Shown one piece after another: positions 36,698 through 46,520 of a stretch of DNA of 64,000 bases. The translations under genes were made by a program, and so were the position numbers. The first letter of the stretch is position 1, and every line of letters starts with the position of its first letter. The notes below the pieces were generated by a model, which had not been told where the DNA came from, ran no database searches, and saw nothing but the letters and a program-made list of their open reading frames with translations. The stretch comes from Candidatus Enterousia sp. (lineage in GTDB: Bacteria; Pseudomonadota; Alphaproteobacteria; Rs-D84), in contig JAZROX010000052.1 in NCBI GenBank assembly GCA_045648945.1, positions 8,417 to 72,416 on the forward strand, written 5' to 3'.

Positions 36698-38686
36698 GTG
36701 AATAAAAAAATTTTTAATCTTGAAAGTAATTACAAACCAATGGGTGACCAACCGGCCGCCATTTCTGATTTGGTGCGCGGAATTGCCGATGGTCGCCGGT
36801 CCCAGGTGTTGTTGGGGGTGACGGGGTCTGGGAAAACCTTCACAATGGCGAATGTTATTGCCGAAATTGGTCGGCCGGCATTGATTATGGCGCCAAATAA
36901 AATCTTGGCGGCGCAGTTGTATACGGAAATGAAGTCTTTTTTTCCGCATAATCATGTGGAATATTTTGTGTCTTACTATGATTATTATCAACCCGAGGCG
37001 TATGTTCCAACAACCGATACATATATCGATAAAGACGCGTCTATTAATGAACAATTGGACCGGATGCGTCACAGTGCAACGCGTGCGATGTTGGAAGAAC
37101 GCGATGTTATTGTTGTGTCGTCTGTGTCGTCTATATACGGGTTGGGTACGCCGGAACAATATTCGGAAATGAAGTTGGTTTTGCACGTGGGGGATATGAT
37201 GGGCGTGCATGATATTGTGCGCGAATTGGTGAATATTCAATATAAACGAAATGATGTCGTGCCATCGCGCGGTGATTTTCGCGTACGTGGGGATACGTTG
37301 GATATTTTCCCGTCACACAGTCAAGACCGTGGGTGGAAGGTTTCTTTTTGGGGGGATGAAATCGAAGAAATATGGGAATTTGATACATTGACGGGGGCCA
37401 AGTTGTTTAAACTGGACCGGGTTGCGGTTTATCCAAATACGCATTATGCGACGCCCATGCCATCCATTGCCCAGGCGATTGGGCAAATTCGGTCCGATTT
37501 GAATGAACGGTTGGCGTACTTTCATGAAAATATGAAGTATGTCGAAGAACAACGTTTGCGTGAACGCGTAAATATGGATATTGAAATGATGGAATCAACC
37601 GGAACGTGTCGCGGAATTGAAAACTATTCGCGGTATTTGTCGGGGCGCGCCCCGGGTGAACCGCCACCGACTTTGTTTGAATATCTGCCGAAAGATGCGA
37701 TTTTATTTATTGATGAAAGTCATGTGACTGTGCCACAAATTGGTGCGATGTCGCGTGGGGACAGGGCGCGTAAAGAAACATTGGCCCAGTATGGATTCCG
37801 GTTGCCTTCGTGTGTGGATAATCGACCACTTACATTTGATGAATGGGATTCGATGCGGCCCCAGACGATTTTTGTATCGGCAACACCGGCGGAATGGGAA
37901 TTATCGCAATCCGGTGGAATTGTCGCCGAACAGGTTATTCGCCCAACGGGACTTTTGGACCCGGAATGTATAGTTCGACCAATTACAAACCAAGTTGATG
38001 ATTTGTTGGGTGAATTAAAATCTATTTCTGGACGTGCGCTGGTCACGACACTGACCAAAAAAATGGCCGAACAGTTGACGGACTATTTGGTTGAAAATGG
38101 GGTGCGTGCGCGATACCTGCACAGTGATATTGAAACATTGGAACGTATAGAATTGTTGCGGGATTTGCGGGTTGGAAAATTTGACGTGTTGGTTGGAATA
38201 AATTTGTTGCGCGAAGGTTTGGATGTCCCGGAATGTGAATTGGTTGCAATTATGGACGCCGATAAAGAAGGGTTCTTGCGGTCTGCGCGGTCGTTGATTC
38301 AAACCATAGGGCGCGCGGCACGAAATGCAAATGGGCGCGTCATACTGTATGCAGATGTGATAACAGATTCGATGAATGCGGCGCTTTCCGAGACGGCACG
38401 TCGTCGTGAAAAACAAATGGCGTATAATGCGGAACACGGTATTACACCAAAAACCGTGTCCAAGGCAATATTTGACGAAGTGACCGAAAAACAAGAAAAG
38501 GTTGATAAAAAACGTAGATTCTTGTATACCAAGGATGGTGTGACAGATGCCGAAACATTACGTCGTGAAATAAAAACGTTGAATCAAAAAATGCGGCGTG
38601 CGGCGGAAAACTTGGATTTTGAGGTGGCAGCGGAAATTCGTGACACAATTCGAAAAATGGAAGATGACCTGTTGGTGTTGGAGTAA
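36698..38686 (+). CDS. uvrB: Excinuclease ABC subunit B
   Basis: GVTGSGKTFT Walker A, helicase motifs (DESH, LVTTLTKKMAE, QTIGRAARN), and a C-terminal UVR domain. GTG start. Confidence 0.97.
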   Translation: MNKKIFNLESNYKPMGDQPAAISDLVRGIADGRRSQVLLGVTGSGKTFTMANVIAEIGRPALIMAPNKILAAQLYTEMKSFFPHNHVEYFVSYYDYYQPEAYVPTTDTYIDKDASINEQLDRMRHSATRAMLEERDVIVVSSVSSIYGLGTPEQYSEMKLVLHVGDMMGVHDIVRELVNIQYKRNDVVPSRGDFRVRGDTLDIFPSHSQDRGWKVSFWGDEIEEIWEFDTLTGAKLFKLDRVAVYPNTHYATPMPSIAQAIGQIRSDLNERLAYFHENMKYVEEQRLRERVNMDIEMMESTGTCRGIENYSRYLSGRAPGEPPPTLFEYLPKDAILFIDESHVTVPQIGAMSRGDRARKETLAQYGFRLPSCVDNRPLTFDEWDSMRPQTIFVSATPAEWELSQSGGIVAEQVIRPTGLLDPECIVRPITNQVDDLLGELKSISGRALVTTLTKKMAEQLTDYLVENGVRARYLHSDIETLERIELLRDLRVGKFDVLVGINLLREGLDVPECELVAIMDADKEGFLRSARSLIQTIGRAARNANGRVILYADVITDSMNAALSETARRREKQMAYNAEHGITPKTVSKAIFDEVTEKQEKVDKKRRFLYTKDGVTDAETLRREIKTLNQKMRRAAENLDFEVAAEIRDTIRKMEDDLLVLE

Positions 38687-38689
38687 GAT

Positions 38690-39100
38690 ATGAAAACATT
38701 TATAACAAAAAATATTGATGAAACACGTGCGTTTGCGCGTGATTTTGCGCGCACTTTGCATGCGCCGGTGACCGTTGCATTACATGGTGATTTGGGCGTC
38801 GGAAAAAGTGAGATTGCGCGGACAATAATTCAAACACTGTGTGGGGGGGATACCGTGGTACCAAGTCCGACATTTACATTGGTCCAAACATATATTGCGG
38901 GCGATACAAAGATTTCGCATTTCGATTTATACAGAATTTCAGACGCGGCGGAATTGGTTGAAATTGGGTTGGATTATGCAATTCAAAACGATATCACACT
39001 GATTGAATGGCCGGATATTGCCGCGAATATGTTGCCGGAAAATACGATTCATGTTGATATTTCTGAATATGAATCGGGCCGTAAAATTATTGTGCGTTAG
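38690..39100 (+). CDS. tsaE: tRNA threonylcarbamoyladenosine biosynthesis ATPase TsaE
   Basis: LHGDLGVGKSEIAR P-loop, SPTFTLV and HFDLYR blocks. 136 aa. Confidence 0.85.
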   Translation: MKTFITKNIDETRAFARDFARTLHAPVTVALHGDLGVGKSEIARTIIQTLCGGDTVVPSPTFTLVQTYIAGDTKISHFDLYRISDAAELVEIGLDYAIQNDITLIEWPDIAANMLPENTIHVDISEYESGRKIIVR

Positions 39101-40874
39101 TTTTATCGGGTGGTAACAGTGATAAAACCGCCAATGGAAAATCTGGGGATGATGCAAGATATGAACCACTGACCAATGCGTCGGCACCGGCGTCCCAACA
39201 CCCGCGCGCCGTTTCGGCATTTATGCCACCGTCCACGGATATGGTGAATTTAAGTCCATATTTTTTTCGTGTTGCGTTTAATACCATAATTTTTTGCAGT
39301 GCGTTACGGTCAAATTCTTGACCGGCGGCACCGGGCACCACCCCCATAACCATTACTTCATCCAATTCGCGAATAATTGTTTTTAATAAAGATACAGGCG
39401 TTTCGGGATTTAACGCGATGCCGACGCGACGTTTTGAATTGCGAACAAATTGGACCGCCGCACGCAGCCCCGCCGTATTTGGTGAAACAATGACCGTATC
39501 TGCGCCGGCGTTTACCGCGCTGCGCGCCCATTCGGCGGGTGCATCGGTCATAAGGTGAACATGCAAGTGTCCACCCCAGGATGCACGAATTTGGCGTAAT
39601 TCGTCGATTCCGCCCGCGATTTGATTAACGTATAATCCGTCCATAATATCAACATGTATGGCCAAAATTCCGGACGTTTTAAACATGGTGTATGTTTCGG
39701 GACGCGTCATATCAAAGCACATAGTACTTGGTAAAATCGGTATTTGGCGTTGACGGGTTTTCTTTTTTCGATTGAATATTTTTAATATTTTATCGATACG
39801 ATTTTGTACCCTTTGTGCGCGTTCAATGTATGCGCGACGACGTGGTAATTCGGCCCGCCATATATATTCGCCCAATGCGCGTACCGCACAATCAGAATCT
39901 TTTTTAACAAATGGTATATCAAATGCATGACCAATCAAATCGTCGATTCCGTTTATGCATGCGCCACCACCGGTCACTATAATTTGTGTAGGGGAATATT
40001 TATTTATATATTCGGCAACATCGGTTTTTATGCCGTTTATTAAATCTTTATAGAATGGCGCAACAATTTCGTTCACGTCGGCACATGAAAACGCGTATGC
40101 AGAATCGGCCGGACTGAATCGTGCCATTTCGTTTGATTTAAGATTTGCAGATTTACGTTTAATGCGTTCGGCTTCGGCAAAAGGTATGGCAAGGCGCGTT
40201 GATATTTCATCCGTCAAATCATTTCCGGCAATGGCGCGCCCATCATAATAAACGGGGCCGCGGTCGGTCCATATTGATGTCGTTGTATGTTCCGCCCCAA
40301 AATCGATGAACATAATAGTTTCTTTTGGATTACGAAACACGGCGTTTTCCAAGAAATGTGGCGTATAGAACGCGTTTGATTGCATGTGTGCACGACGCAA
40401 CAATGTCTGAATTTTTTGCATATATTCTTTATCAAAAAACAGCGCAGAAAATGCCGATATCAATTGACGGTCATTATGTCCAATTGGTGATAACATGTTG
40501 CGTATTTTTGGTGTGTCATAACGCAGCGGGATGATATGCATTGGGTAAAAACCGTCGGGTGCATCAATTTCGGCAATTTGCGATTTTACGTCGGCCGCGG
40601 TTATTTTGTGGTCGCCGGACCATGTTGTGTTTTTTGCGCACATTTTGAAGTAAGATGGTCCAAAATTTCCCGTTATATATGCCGAACCAAAATGTGTTCC
40701 AATTTGGCGTTCCAATTCATCTATGACAGATTTTAGGGCGAATACAGTATCAAAATCGTCCACAGAATAATATGCACATTTGTCTATTTCGGCGTTGCGG
40801 ATTCGGTATGCCAGTCCCCGAACACCGCAAGACCCGATATCCAGACACAGAAAAGATGAATCCAGCATATTCAT
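39087..40874 (-). CDS. ftsA: FtsA (actin-like cell-division ATPase) fused in frame to a complete ribulose-phosphate 3-epimerase domain
   Basis: - N-terminal 375 aa: LCLDIGSCGVRG, FIDFGAEHTT, IVTGGGACINGIDDL, and an amphipathic tail IDKILKIFNRKKK.
- C-terminal 220 aa: ILPSTMCFDM...IHVDIMDG, HVHLM and SVDGG, matching Rpe metal ligands.
- No stop codon between the two parts. Confidence 0.8.
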   Translation of the reverse strand: MNMLDSSFLCLDIGSCGVRGLAYRIRNAEIDKCAYYSVDDFDTVFALKSVIDELERQIGTHFGSAYITGNFGPSYFKMCAKNTTWSGDHKITAADVKSQIAEIDAPDGFYPMHIIPLRYDTPKIRNMLSPIGHNDRQLISAFSALFFDKEYMQKIQTLLRRAHMQSNAFYTPHFLENAVFRNPKETIMFIDFGAEHTTTSIWTDRGPVYYDGRAIAGNDLTDEISTRLAIPFAEAERIKRKSANLKSNEMARFSPADSAYAFSCADVNEIVAPFYKDLINGIKTDVAEYINKYSPTQIIVTGGGACINGIDDLIGHAFDIPFVKKDSDCAVRALGEYIWRAELPRRRAYIERAQRVQNRIDKILKIFNRKKKTRQRQIPILPSTMCFDMTRPETYTMFKTSGILAIHVDIMDGLYVNQIAGGIDELRQIRASWGGHLHVHLMTDAPAEWARSAVNAGADTVIVSPNTAGLRAAVQFVRNSKRRVGIALNPETPVSLLKTIIRELDEVMVMGVVPGAAGQEFDRNALQKIMVLNATRKKYGLKFTISVDGGINAETARGCWDAGADALVSGSYLASSPDFPLAVLSLLPPDKTNAQ

Positions 40875-41555
40875 TTATTTGACCAAAATCCTTGCGTTGT
40901 CGCGCATATCAATTGTTTTTATGTTTTTAGATAGCAGGTTGTGTTTTTTATCCAATACGACCAAAGAAGCAATTGCCGCGGTTGGGTCTTCTTCGGGTAA
41001 CATAACCATAATTCCGCCGGTTGTCATAATATTCCATCGCCGATCGTCAATCCATTCCATATAATCCAATTCGCCAATAAGATTTGTTGCGGCCTTGGTA
41101 ATATCGGATATGTCATTTGGCAACGGGCCACGGAACATAACAACGCCGTCTTTTTTTTCTTCGGACGGACTGTTGACGACCGTGCCATCCGCAGACAACG
41201 GATAATAATACGTTCCGTCCGTCCAACCGGCGACCGCGCGATACAGGTGTAATTTCACAGCCAGGTTTCCATTTGGCATGCGTCGCACGGCCGATTCGCG
41301 GACACCCGGCGTGTTTAATAATCTTTCGTTTATTAATTCAAGGTTCACAGAATACGCGTGTGTTCCGGGTGATACCCCGGTGGCGGCAACCATCGGGGTT
41401 AAATCTTTGCCGTCCAGGTCCGCCGATACAGATATATTGCGAACCGTCGATGTTGGGCCGTAACCCATAAATGTCATAATTATACGTGTTGCAAAGTATA
41501 TCGCCAATAAAATGGCGGCAACAAAATAGAGCCAAAACCACAGGTTGCGTTTCAT
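40875..41555 (-). CDS. ftsQ: Cell division protein FtsQ (POTRA domain)
   Basis: Single N-terminal TM segment, then POTRA-like VRNISVS...INERLLNTPGVRESAVRRMPNGNLAVKL. Its stop abuts the ftsA start. Confidence 0.8.
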   Translation of the reverse strand: MKRNLWFWLYFVAAILLAIYFATRIIMTFMGYGPTSTVRNISVSADLDGKDLTPMVAATGVSPGTHAYSVNLELINERLLNTPGVRESAVRRMPNGNLAVKLHLYRAVAGWTDGTYYYPLSADGTVVNSPSEEKKDGVVMFRGPLPNDISDITKAATNLIGELDYMEWIDDRRWNIMTTGGIMVMLPEEDPTAAIASLVVLDKKHNLLSKNIKTIDMRDNARILVK

Positions 41556-41609
41556 GTCGCATATTATAGCATACTTTATATTAAATGTAAAAGCAGGGGT
41601 GCAAAAAAA

Positions 41610-41999
41610 TTACATCGCGCGCAGTAAGTACCCACGGCGGAACATACATTTTCGATATGAACCCACAGATTTTGATGTTGTATTGCGCGGCACAGACAGC
41701 AATGCGCGTTGCCCAACGTCTTTGTATTCATTTGATTGGAATGTCACCCAAAGACCGTCCCAATCGGGCATACGGGTGCTCTGGGTTGGGGAAAGCAGTT
41801 TTGCCAGGCGTGAACGTGGCATGTATGATGGTTGTGTTATGCCCAGGCATGCCTTGTGGTCGCGAACAAATTGTTCGGTTGTGACCGATTCGTTTTCCCA
41901 ATTTAAAATTGTGGCGTCATCAATACTGCCCCCGTTGGGGGAAGTGCACGCGGCAACACCAAATAAACCAACAAATAAAAATATTTTTAACATTCTCAT
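41610..41999 (-). CDS. Lipoprotein, unknown function (129 aa)
   Basis: Lipobox LFGVAAC at the end of the signal peptide. Confidence 0.6.
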   Translation of the reverse strand: MRMLKIFLFVGLFGVAACTSPNGGSIDDATILNWENESVTTEQFVRDHKACLGITQPSYMPRSRLAKLLSPTQSTRMPDWDGLWVTFQSNEYKDVGQRALLSVPRNTTSKSVGSYRKCMFRRGYLLRAM

Positions 42000-42073
42000 A
42001 TTTCATATTATAATTTAATTGCGTTTTGGTGGCAATAGTTTTTATAATGTAAAAAAATGTATCGGGGGAAAGG

Positions 42074-42397
42074 ATGGCGATAAGTGTTCAAAATTTTATT
42101 AAGTTGGCAAATTTCTATAACCAATTGGCCAAGACTATGTCCGCAATATGCGTGAACAAGGGTGGAATACCAATTGAAAACTATGTCGGTCGTTTTTTTG
42201 CGGCGGATGTGTTAGAATTTGTTGTAGAATATGGTGAACGTTTGGTAAAATCATCCAAGAACGTGTCGCCGGATGTTGTGAATGTGTTGGAACGGTTTCG
42301 TGCCCAGTTTGAACATGTGCGCGGTTTGACCACACCTTCACAAAAACCGATATATGAAATGACGTTGGAAGAATTTGAAAAAGTGATGAACATTTAA
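42074..42397 (+). CDS. Hypothetical protein (107 aa)
   Basis: GGGGGAAAGG Shine-Dalgarno-like sequence before the ATG. No motif recognised. Confidence 0.45.
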   Translation: MAISVQNFIKLANFYNQLAKTMSAICVNKGGIPIENYVGRFFAADVLEFVVEYGERLVKSSKNVSPDVVNVLERFRAQFEHVRGLTTPSQKPIYEMTLEEFEKVMNI

Positions 42398-42411
42398 CCC
42401 GGGGTAACAAA

Positions 42412-43737
42412 ATGAAAAAAGTTATAAATTTTGCTTTGATGGGCGTGTGTGTTTTGTTGGGGGCGTGTATGCGCGATGATTCGCGTGACGAGAAGGTTTA
42501 TTATGACACGGTCCAGGTTGTTGATAATTTGGTCATAGATGATAATTCTGTGCCGATTTTCCCAAAAAAGGCGGCGTTGACCACCGATACGGCGCGCCGG
42601 TTTTCGGTTGAATTGCCGCGGCGTTGCACGGTGAATTGGGATAATCAATCGGTTGTGTCGGTTGTGCCAGATGAAAAAATTGAAATGGTGCGATTGGACC
42701 GCGGGGACCCGTTGCCAGAATTACAGGTTTCGGATTATGAGTTTAGAAAACAGACCGTTGCAAATGCTTTGAATAAGTTATTAGAAGGTGTAGATATCGC
42801 CGTGGTAGAGGTTGAGCCGGGTTATGAAAAGGTGTCTGGGTCGGTGGCGTCGGGTAATTTGTCCGATACTGTTGATTTAATTGCACGGTTGGGGCGTATG
42901 TATTATTCGTATGATGCCGCAGGGGGTGAGATAAAACTTTCAAATCGGGCCAAATGGCTGATAAAAATGCCGGCCGAGCAAGATATCATTATGGCATTGT
43001 TGGACGCGATGCATGGTGCAGATGTGCGTAATCTGATTGTGGATTGGGCCGACAAGACATTGGTGTTCGAAGGTAATTATCAAACCGAGCGAGAGGTTTC
43101 ACATATAATTGCGGATATTGCGTCGAAAAAATATGTTTTGGCATGGGATATGGATGTGTACCGTGTTTATCCGCGAACCGACAATCCGATTGTGTGGATG
43201 AATATGTTACCGGCATTTGGGGAAAAGAATATAAAAATGTCTGTGCCGGGTGTTGTTGGGCGCGCATTGGTTGTTGGACCAGAGGTGAATACAAAAACAT
43301 TGCAAGAATTCCTATCGGCCCAGGCGAACGTTGTCTTGGTGTCCCAGGGACATTTTGTTGTCCCGGATGGTTGGCAATCGCGATTTGATATTGGCCAATG
43401 CAGCAAGGAAGAACGTTTAGAGACAGATTTGATTGTTGGTGCGTCGGCCAAATATGGTGACTTTGCCGGGCGCAAGAAAATAGATGCGAAAATCGTATTA
43501 CGGACAAGTCGCGGTGAACTTTCGTCATTCACGATACCGTCCAGTATCGGCGATAACTATGTTATAATTGGTATTCCGACGCATTCGTTTGTGACGACGC
43601 CGGAAACGCTAATAAGTCCATTCGCGGAATTGGTTGTGTTTATGTCGCCACGGATTGTTTCGATTGTAAATCCGGCGGATATTCCGGACGAACCGCAATT
43701 GGTCGGTGATGCGTTACGGAATTTCTTGCGCAACTGA
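42412..43737 (+). CDS. Secretin-like outer-membrane lipoprotein (tentative)
   Basis: Lipobox LLGAC. The C-terminal third resembles a secretin domain (ANVVLVSQGHFVVPDGWQSRFDIGQ ... GDNYVIIGIP ... ELVVFMSPRIV, compare the secretin end ELLIFITPRIV). At 441 aa it is short for a secretin. Confidence 0.4.
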   Translation: MKKVINFALMGVCVLLGACMRDDSRDEKVYYDTVQVVDNLVIDDNSVPIFPKKAALTTDTARRFSVELPRRCTVNWDNQSVVSVVPDEKIEMVRLDRGDPLPELQVSDYEFRKQTVANALNKLLEGVDIAVVEVEPGYEKVSGSVASGNLSDTVDLIARLGRMYYSYDAAGGEIKLSNRAKWLIKMPAEQDIIMALLDAMHGADVRNLIVDWADKTLVFEGNYQTEREVSHIIADIASKKYVLAWDMDVYRVYPRTDNPIVWMNMLPAFGEKNIKMSVPGVVGRALVVGPEVNTKTLQEFLSAQANVVLVSQGHFVVPDGWQSRFDIGQCSKEERLETDLIVGASAKYGDFAGRKKIDAKIVLRTSRGELSSFTIPSSIGDNYVIIGIPTHSFVTTPETLISPFAELVVFMSPRIVSIVNPADIPDEPQLVGDALRNFLRN

Positions 43738-43759
43738 AATTGAATGATAGAATGGGTGT

Positions 43760-45016
43760 ATGATGTTTAGTAAACTGGAAAGAAAAATTGCATTTAGGTA
43801 CCTGGGCGCGCGGCGGCGCGGGTTTGGTTCTGTGGTGTCATGGGTGTCCTTGATTGGTATAATGCTGGGTGTGGCAACACTGATTGTTGTTATGTCGGTG
43901 ATGGGCGGTTTTCATGATACGTTACTGGCGCGGATTGTGGGGATGAACGGGCATGTCGTTGTTTATCACCAAGACGGTGCAATTGCGGATTATGACTTTC
44001 TGATTGAACAGATGAAATCCAGTAAAACCGTTGCGCGGACGGTGTCTTCCATTGTGCCAATTGCCGAAGACCAGGTTATGGTGACGCATAATGGTAATAA
44101 TACTGGTGCGATGGTGCGCGGAATAAGGATGTCTGATTTGGCGGCCAAGACGGCGGCCGGGACACGTATGTACGGTAAATCTTTGTCTGAGATTCGTGAC
44201 GGAGAATTGGTTGCGGGTGCATCATTGACCCGAAATTTGAATGTGCATATGGGTGAAAATGTGTCTTTGGTTTCGGCGAATGGCGCGACACCAACCGCGT
44301 TTGGAACAATGCCGCGGATTATGTCTTACCCGGTGATGACATCGTTCTTTATGGGAATGTATGAATATGATTCGGGATACATATTTATGCCATTGGAAAC
44401 GGCCCAGAAATATCTGAACCTGGGTGATGCGGTGACGCATATTGATTTGTTCCTTAAAAATCCAGAAGATACGACCGATGTTGTGAATGCGTTGATTGCG
44501 GAATTGCCCGATGGTTATGTAGTGCGCGATTGGCGTGATTTGAATCGTGGGTTTGTTGGTGCGCTCCAGGTGGAAACGAATGTTATGTTTCTTATCCTTA
44601 TGCTGATTGTAATTGTGGCGGCGTTTAATATTGTTTCGTCATTGGTTATGTTGGTCAAAGATAAATCAAAAGATATCGCTGTTCTGCGGACGTTCGGTGT
44701 GTCGCGGCGTTCTATGATGAAGATATTCGTTTTGTCGGGAACCAGTATCGGTGTTATCGGGGCGACATTTGGAACGATATTGGGGGTTATTGTTGCAATC
44801 TATATTGAACCGATTCGCAAATTTTTCCAATGGGCAACGGGGCGCGATTTGTTTCCGGCGGAATTGTATTATTTGTCTGAATTGCCGTCACGCCTGGAAT
44901 TTACAACGGTTGTGGGAATCGCGATTTTGGCGATTGCATTGGCATTTTTGGCAACAATTTATCCGGCATGGAAGGCCGCAAACACCGACCCGGTAGAGGT
45001 GTTAAGAAACGAATAA
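43760..45016 (+). CDS. Lipoprotein-release ABC permease, LolC/LolE family
   Basis: N-terminal AFRYLGARRR...FGSVVSW plus TM1, a large periplasmic domain, and a C-terminal FtsX-type 3-TM bundle (ILMLIVIVAAFNIVSSLVMLVKDKSKDIAVLRTFG). Confidence 0.88.
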   Translation: MMFSKLERKIAFRYLGARRRGFGSVVSWVSLIGIMLGVATLIVVMSVMGGFHDTLLARIVGMNGHVVVYHQDGAIADYDFLIEQMKSSKTVARTVSSIVPIAEDQVMVTHNGNNTGAMVRGIRMSDLAAKTAAGTRMYGKSLSEIRDGELVAGASLTRNLNVHMGENVSLVSANGATPTAFGTMPRIMSYPVMTSFFMGMYEYDSGYIFMPLETAQKYLNLGDAVTHIDLFLKNPEDTTDVVNALIAELPDGYVVRDWRDLNRGFVGALQVETNVMFLILMLIVIVAAFNIVSSLVMLVKDKSKDIAVLRTFGVSRRSMMKIFVLSGTSIGVIGATFGTILGVIVAIYIEPIRKFFQWATGRDLFPAELYYLSELPSRLEFTTVVGIAILAIALAFLATIYPAWKAANTDPVEVLRNE

Positions 45017-45031
45017 GAAAGGGATTATGTA

Positions 45032-45742
45032 ATGGCGTCGATATTAAATTCTTTGTCGCGGGCGAAAAGTGGTGATGTGGTCCTTTCGGTGCGTGATATT
45101 AAAAAGACCTTTGTCGAAGGTGGGCAACCGTTGCATATCTTGGTCGGTGGCGGGTTTGATTTGCATCGTGGGGAAATTATCGCATTGGTTGGGCCGTCGG
45201 GTTCGGGTAAATCTACACTGCTACAATGTGTTGGGTTGTTGGATAAACCCAGCGGGGGCAGTATCTTGGTCGGTGGAACCCCGGTGCATACAATGAATGA
45301 TGAAATGCGCACCTTGGTACGGCGGCGTAAAATGGGTTTTGTGTACCAGCGGCATAATTTACTGGCCGATTTTACAGCGCTGGAAAATGTTATGTTGCCA
45401 ATGTTGGCGAACGGAATGGGTGAAGACGCGGCGCGGACGCGGGCAATGAAGTTATTGAAATCTGCGAATGTCGCGCATCGTGCATCGCATTTGCCGGGAC
45501 AAATGTCGGGTGGTGAACAACAACGAACGGCCGTCGCACGTGCATTGGCGAATAATCCGGATATATTGTTAGCGGATGAACCAACGGGCAGTTTGGATCC
45601 GAATCACGCAATCGCGGTTTTTGAATTATTGTTGGATTTGGTGCGGAAAAATAAAATGGCAATGTTATTTGTGACGCATGATATGTCTTTGGCGAATCGT
45701 GCCGATAGACAAATTACTATAAAAAATGGTATAGTTAAATAA
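45032..45742 (+). CDS. lolD: Lipoprotein-release ABC ATPase LolD
   Basis: Walker A GPSGSGKST, signature MSGGEQQR, Walker B ILLADEPTG. Lies adjacent to the LolC/E permease. Confidence 0.9.
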   Translation: MASILNSLSRAKSGDVVLSVRDIKKTFVEGGQPLHILVGGGFDLHRGEIIALVGPSGSGKSTLLQCVGLLDKPSGGSILVGGTPVHTMNDEMRTLVRRRKMGFVYQRHNLLADFTALENVMLPMLANGMGEDAARTRAMKLLKSANVAHRASHLPGQMSGGEQQRTAVARALANNPDILLADEPTGSLDPNHAIAVFELLLDLVRKNKMAMLFVTHDMSLANRADRQITIKNGIVK

Positions 45743-45767
45743 AGAAACAAAAAAAGAGAGGAGAGAA

Positions 45768-46505
45768 ATGAGAAATAATAAAACTGAAAATCGTTATGGT
45801 TATTCACGTCGCCAAAGAATTTTGGCCTGGTTGGCTTTGATTGGAATATTTATATGTGGTATGATGGCGGGTGCATTTATTTGGCAAACAAAATCGACGC
45901 ATACGGCGGATTCCGGCGTACAGACAGAAGTGGATGTGTGTAAAATGCGGGAAAATGCGTTGCTGGCAAACTTACGTACAGACATAGACGATTCTGCAGA
46001 ATGGGCGGCCAATGACCATAAACATAATGCAGATATTTATGATAAATTGATTAGATGGGGGTGTGGCGATAAATCTGATAAGTACCAGGAATTAAGAGAT
46101 GCCGAATTTGCTGCGTTCGATGTTTTACGCAAGATTAAGGATGAAAATATTGATAACAGTCCGTGTGGGGTTATTGAAAGAACATTACTATCTACTATTC
46201 ATGATTGCTATGATTCACCAAATTGCCATTTAGATAATGCAGAAATATATTCCAAAATTGCGGAAGATGGTTGCCCGGCAAATCAACAGAAATATGCGCA
46301 AAAGGCGTTGGATGAATTGCAGATTTCTGAGGGTGTACGTATAAATGAAACCGATGTAAATCGTGGTGAAATTCGTTCTACGGTAAATACATATAAAAAA
46401 CTGCAAATGCAGAACGAGGCAAAAAAGTATATCAAGAAAGTTGAAAAATTGGTCAATCCGGGAATCGATTTTATTATGGAATTGCAACGCGTTATCGAAG
46501 AATAA
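45768..46505 (+). CDS. Membrane-anchored hypothetical protein (245 aa)
   Basis: Single N-terminal TM segment (ILAWLALIGIFICGMMAGAFIW). No motif recognised. Confidence 0.5.
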   Translation: MRNNKTENRYGYSRRQRILAWLALIGIFICGMMAGAFIWQTKSTHTADSGVQTEVDVCKMRENALLANLRTDIDDSAEWAANDHKHNADIYDKLIRWGCGDKSDKYQELRDAEFAAFDVLRKIKDENIDNSPCGVIERTLLSTIHDCYDSPNCHLDNAEIYSKIAEDGCPANQQKYAQKALDELQISEGVRINETDVNRGEIRSTVNTYKKLQMQNEAKKYIKKVEKLVNPGIDFIMELQRVIEE

Positions 46506-46520
46506 AGCACGGGGGCGATA

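Noticed and set aside
36674-37240. 188-aa ORF antisense to the 5' part of uvrB, and similar antisense ORFs at 38015-38494, 30178-30735, 53222-53962, 53993-54535, 46492-47025 and 42989-43528
   Set aside because: All lie opposite genes with clear conserved motifs. Their products have skewed composition (H/R/P/N-rich), with no Shine-Dalgarno sequence and no motif support.
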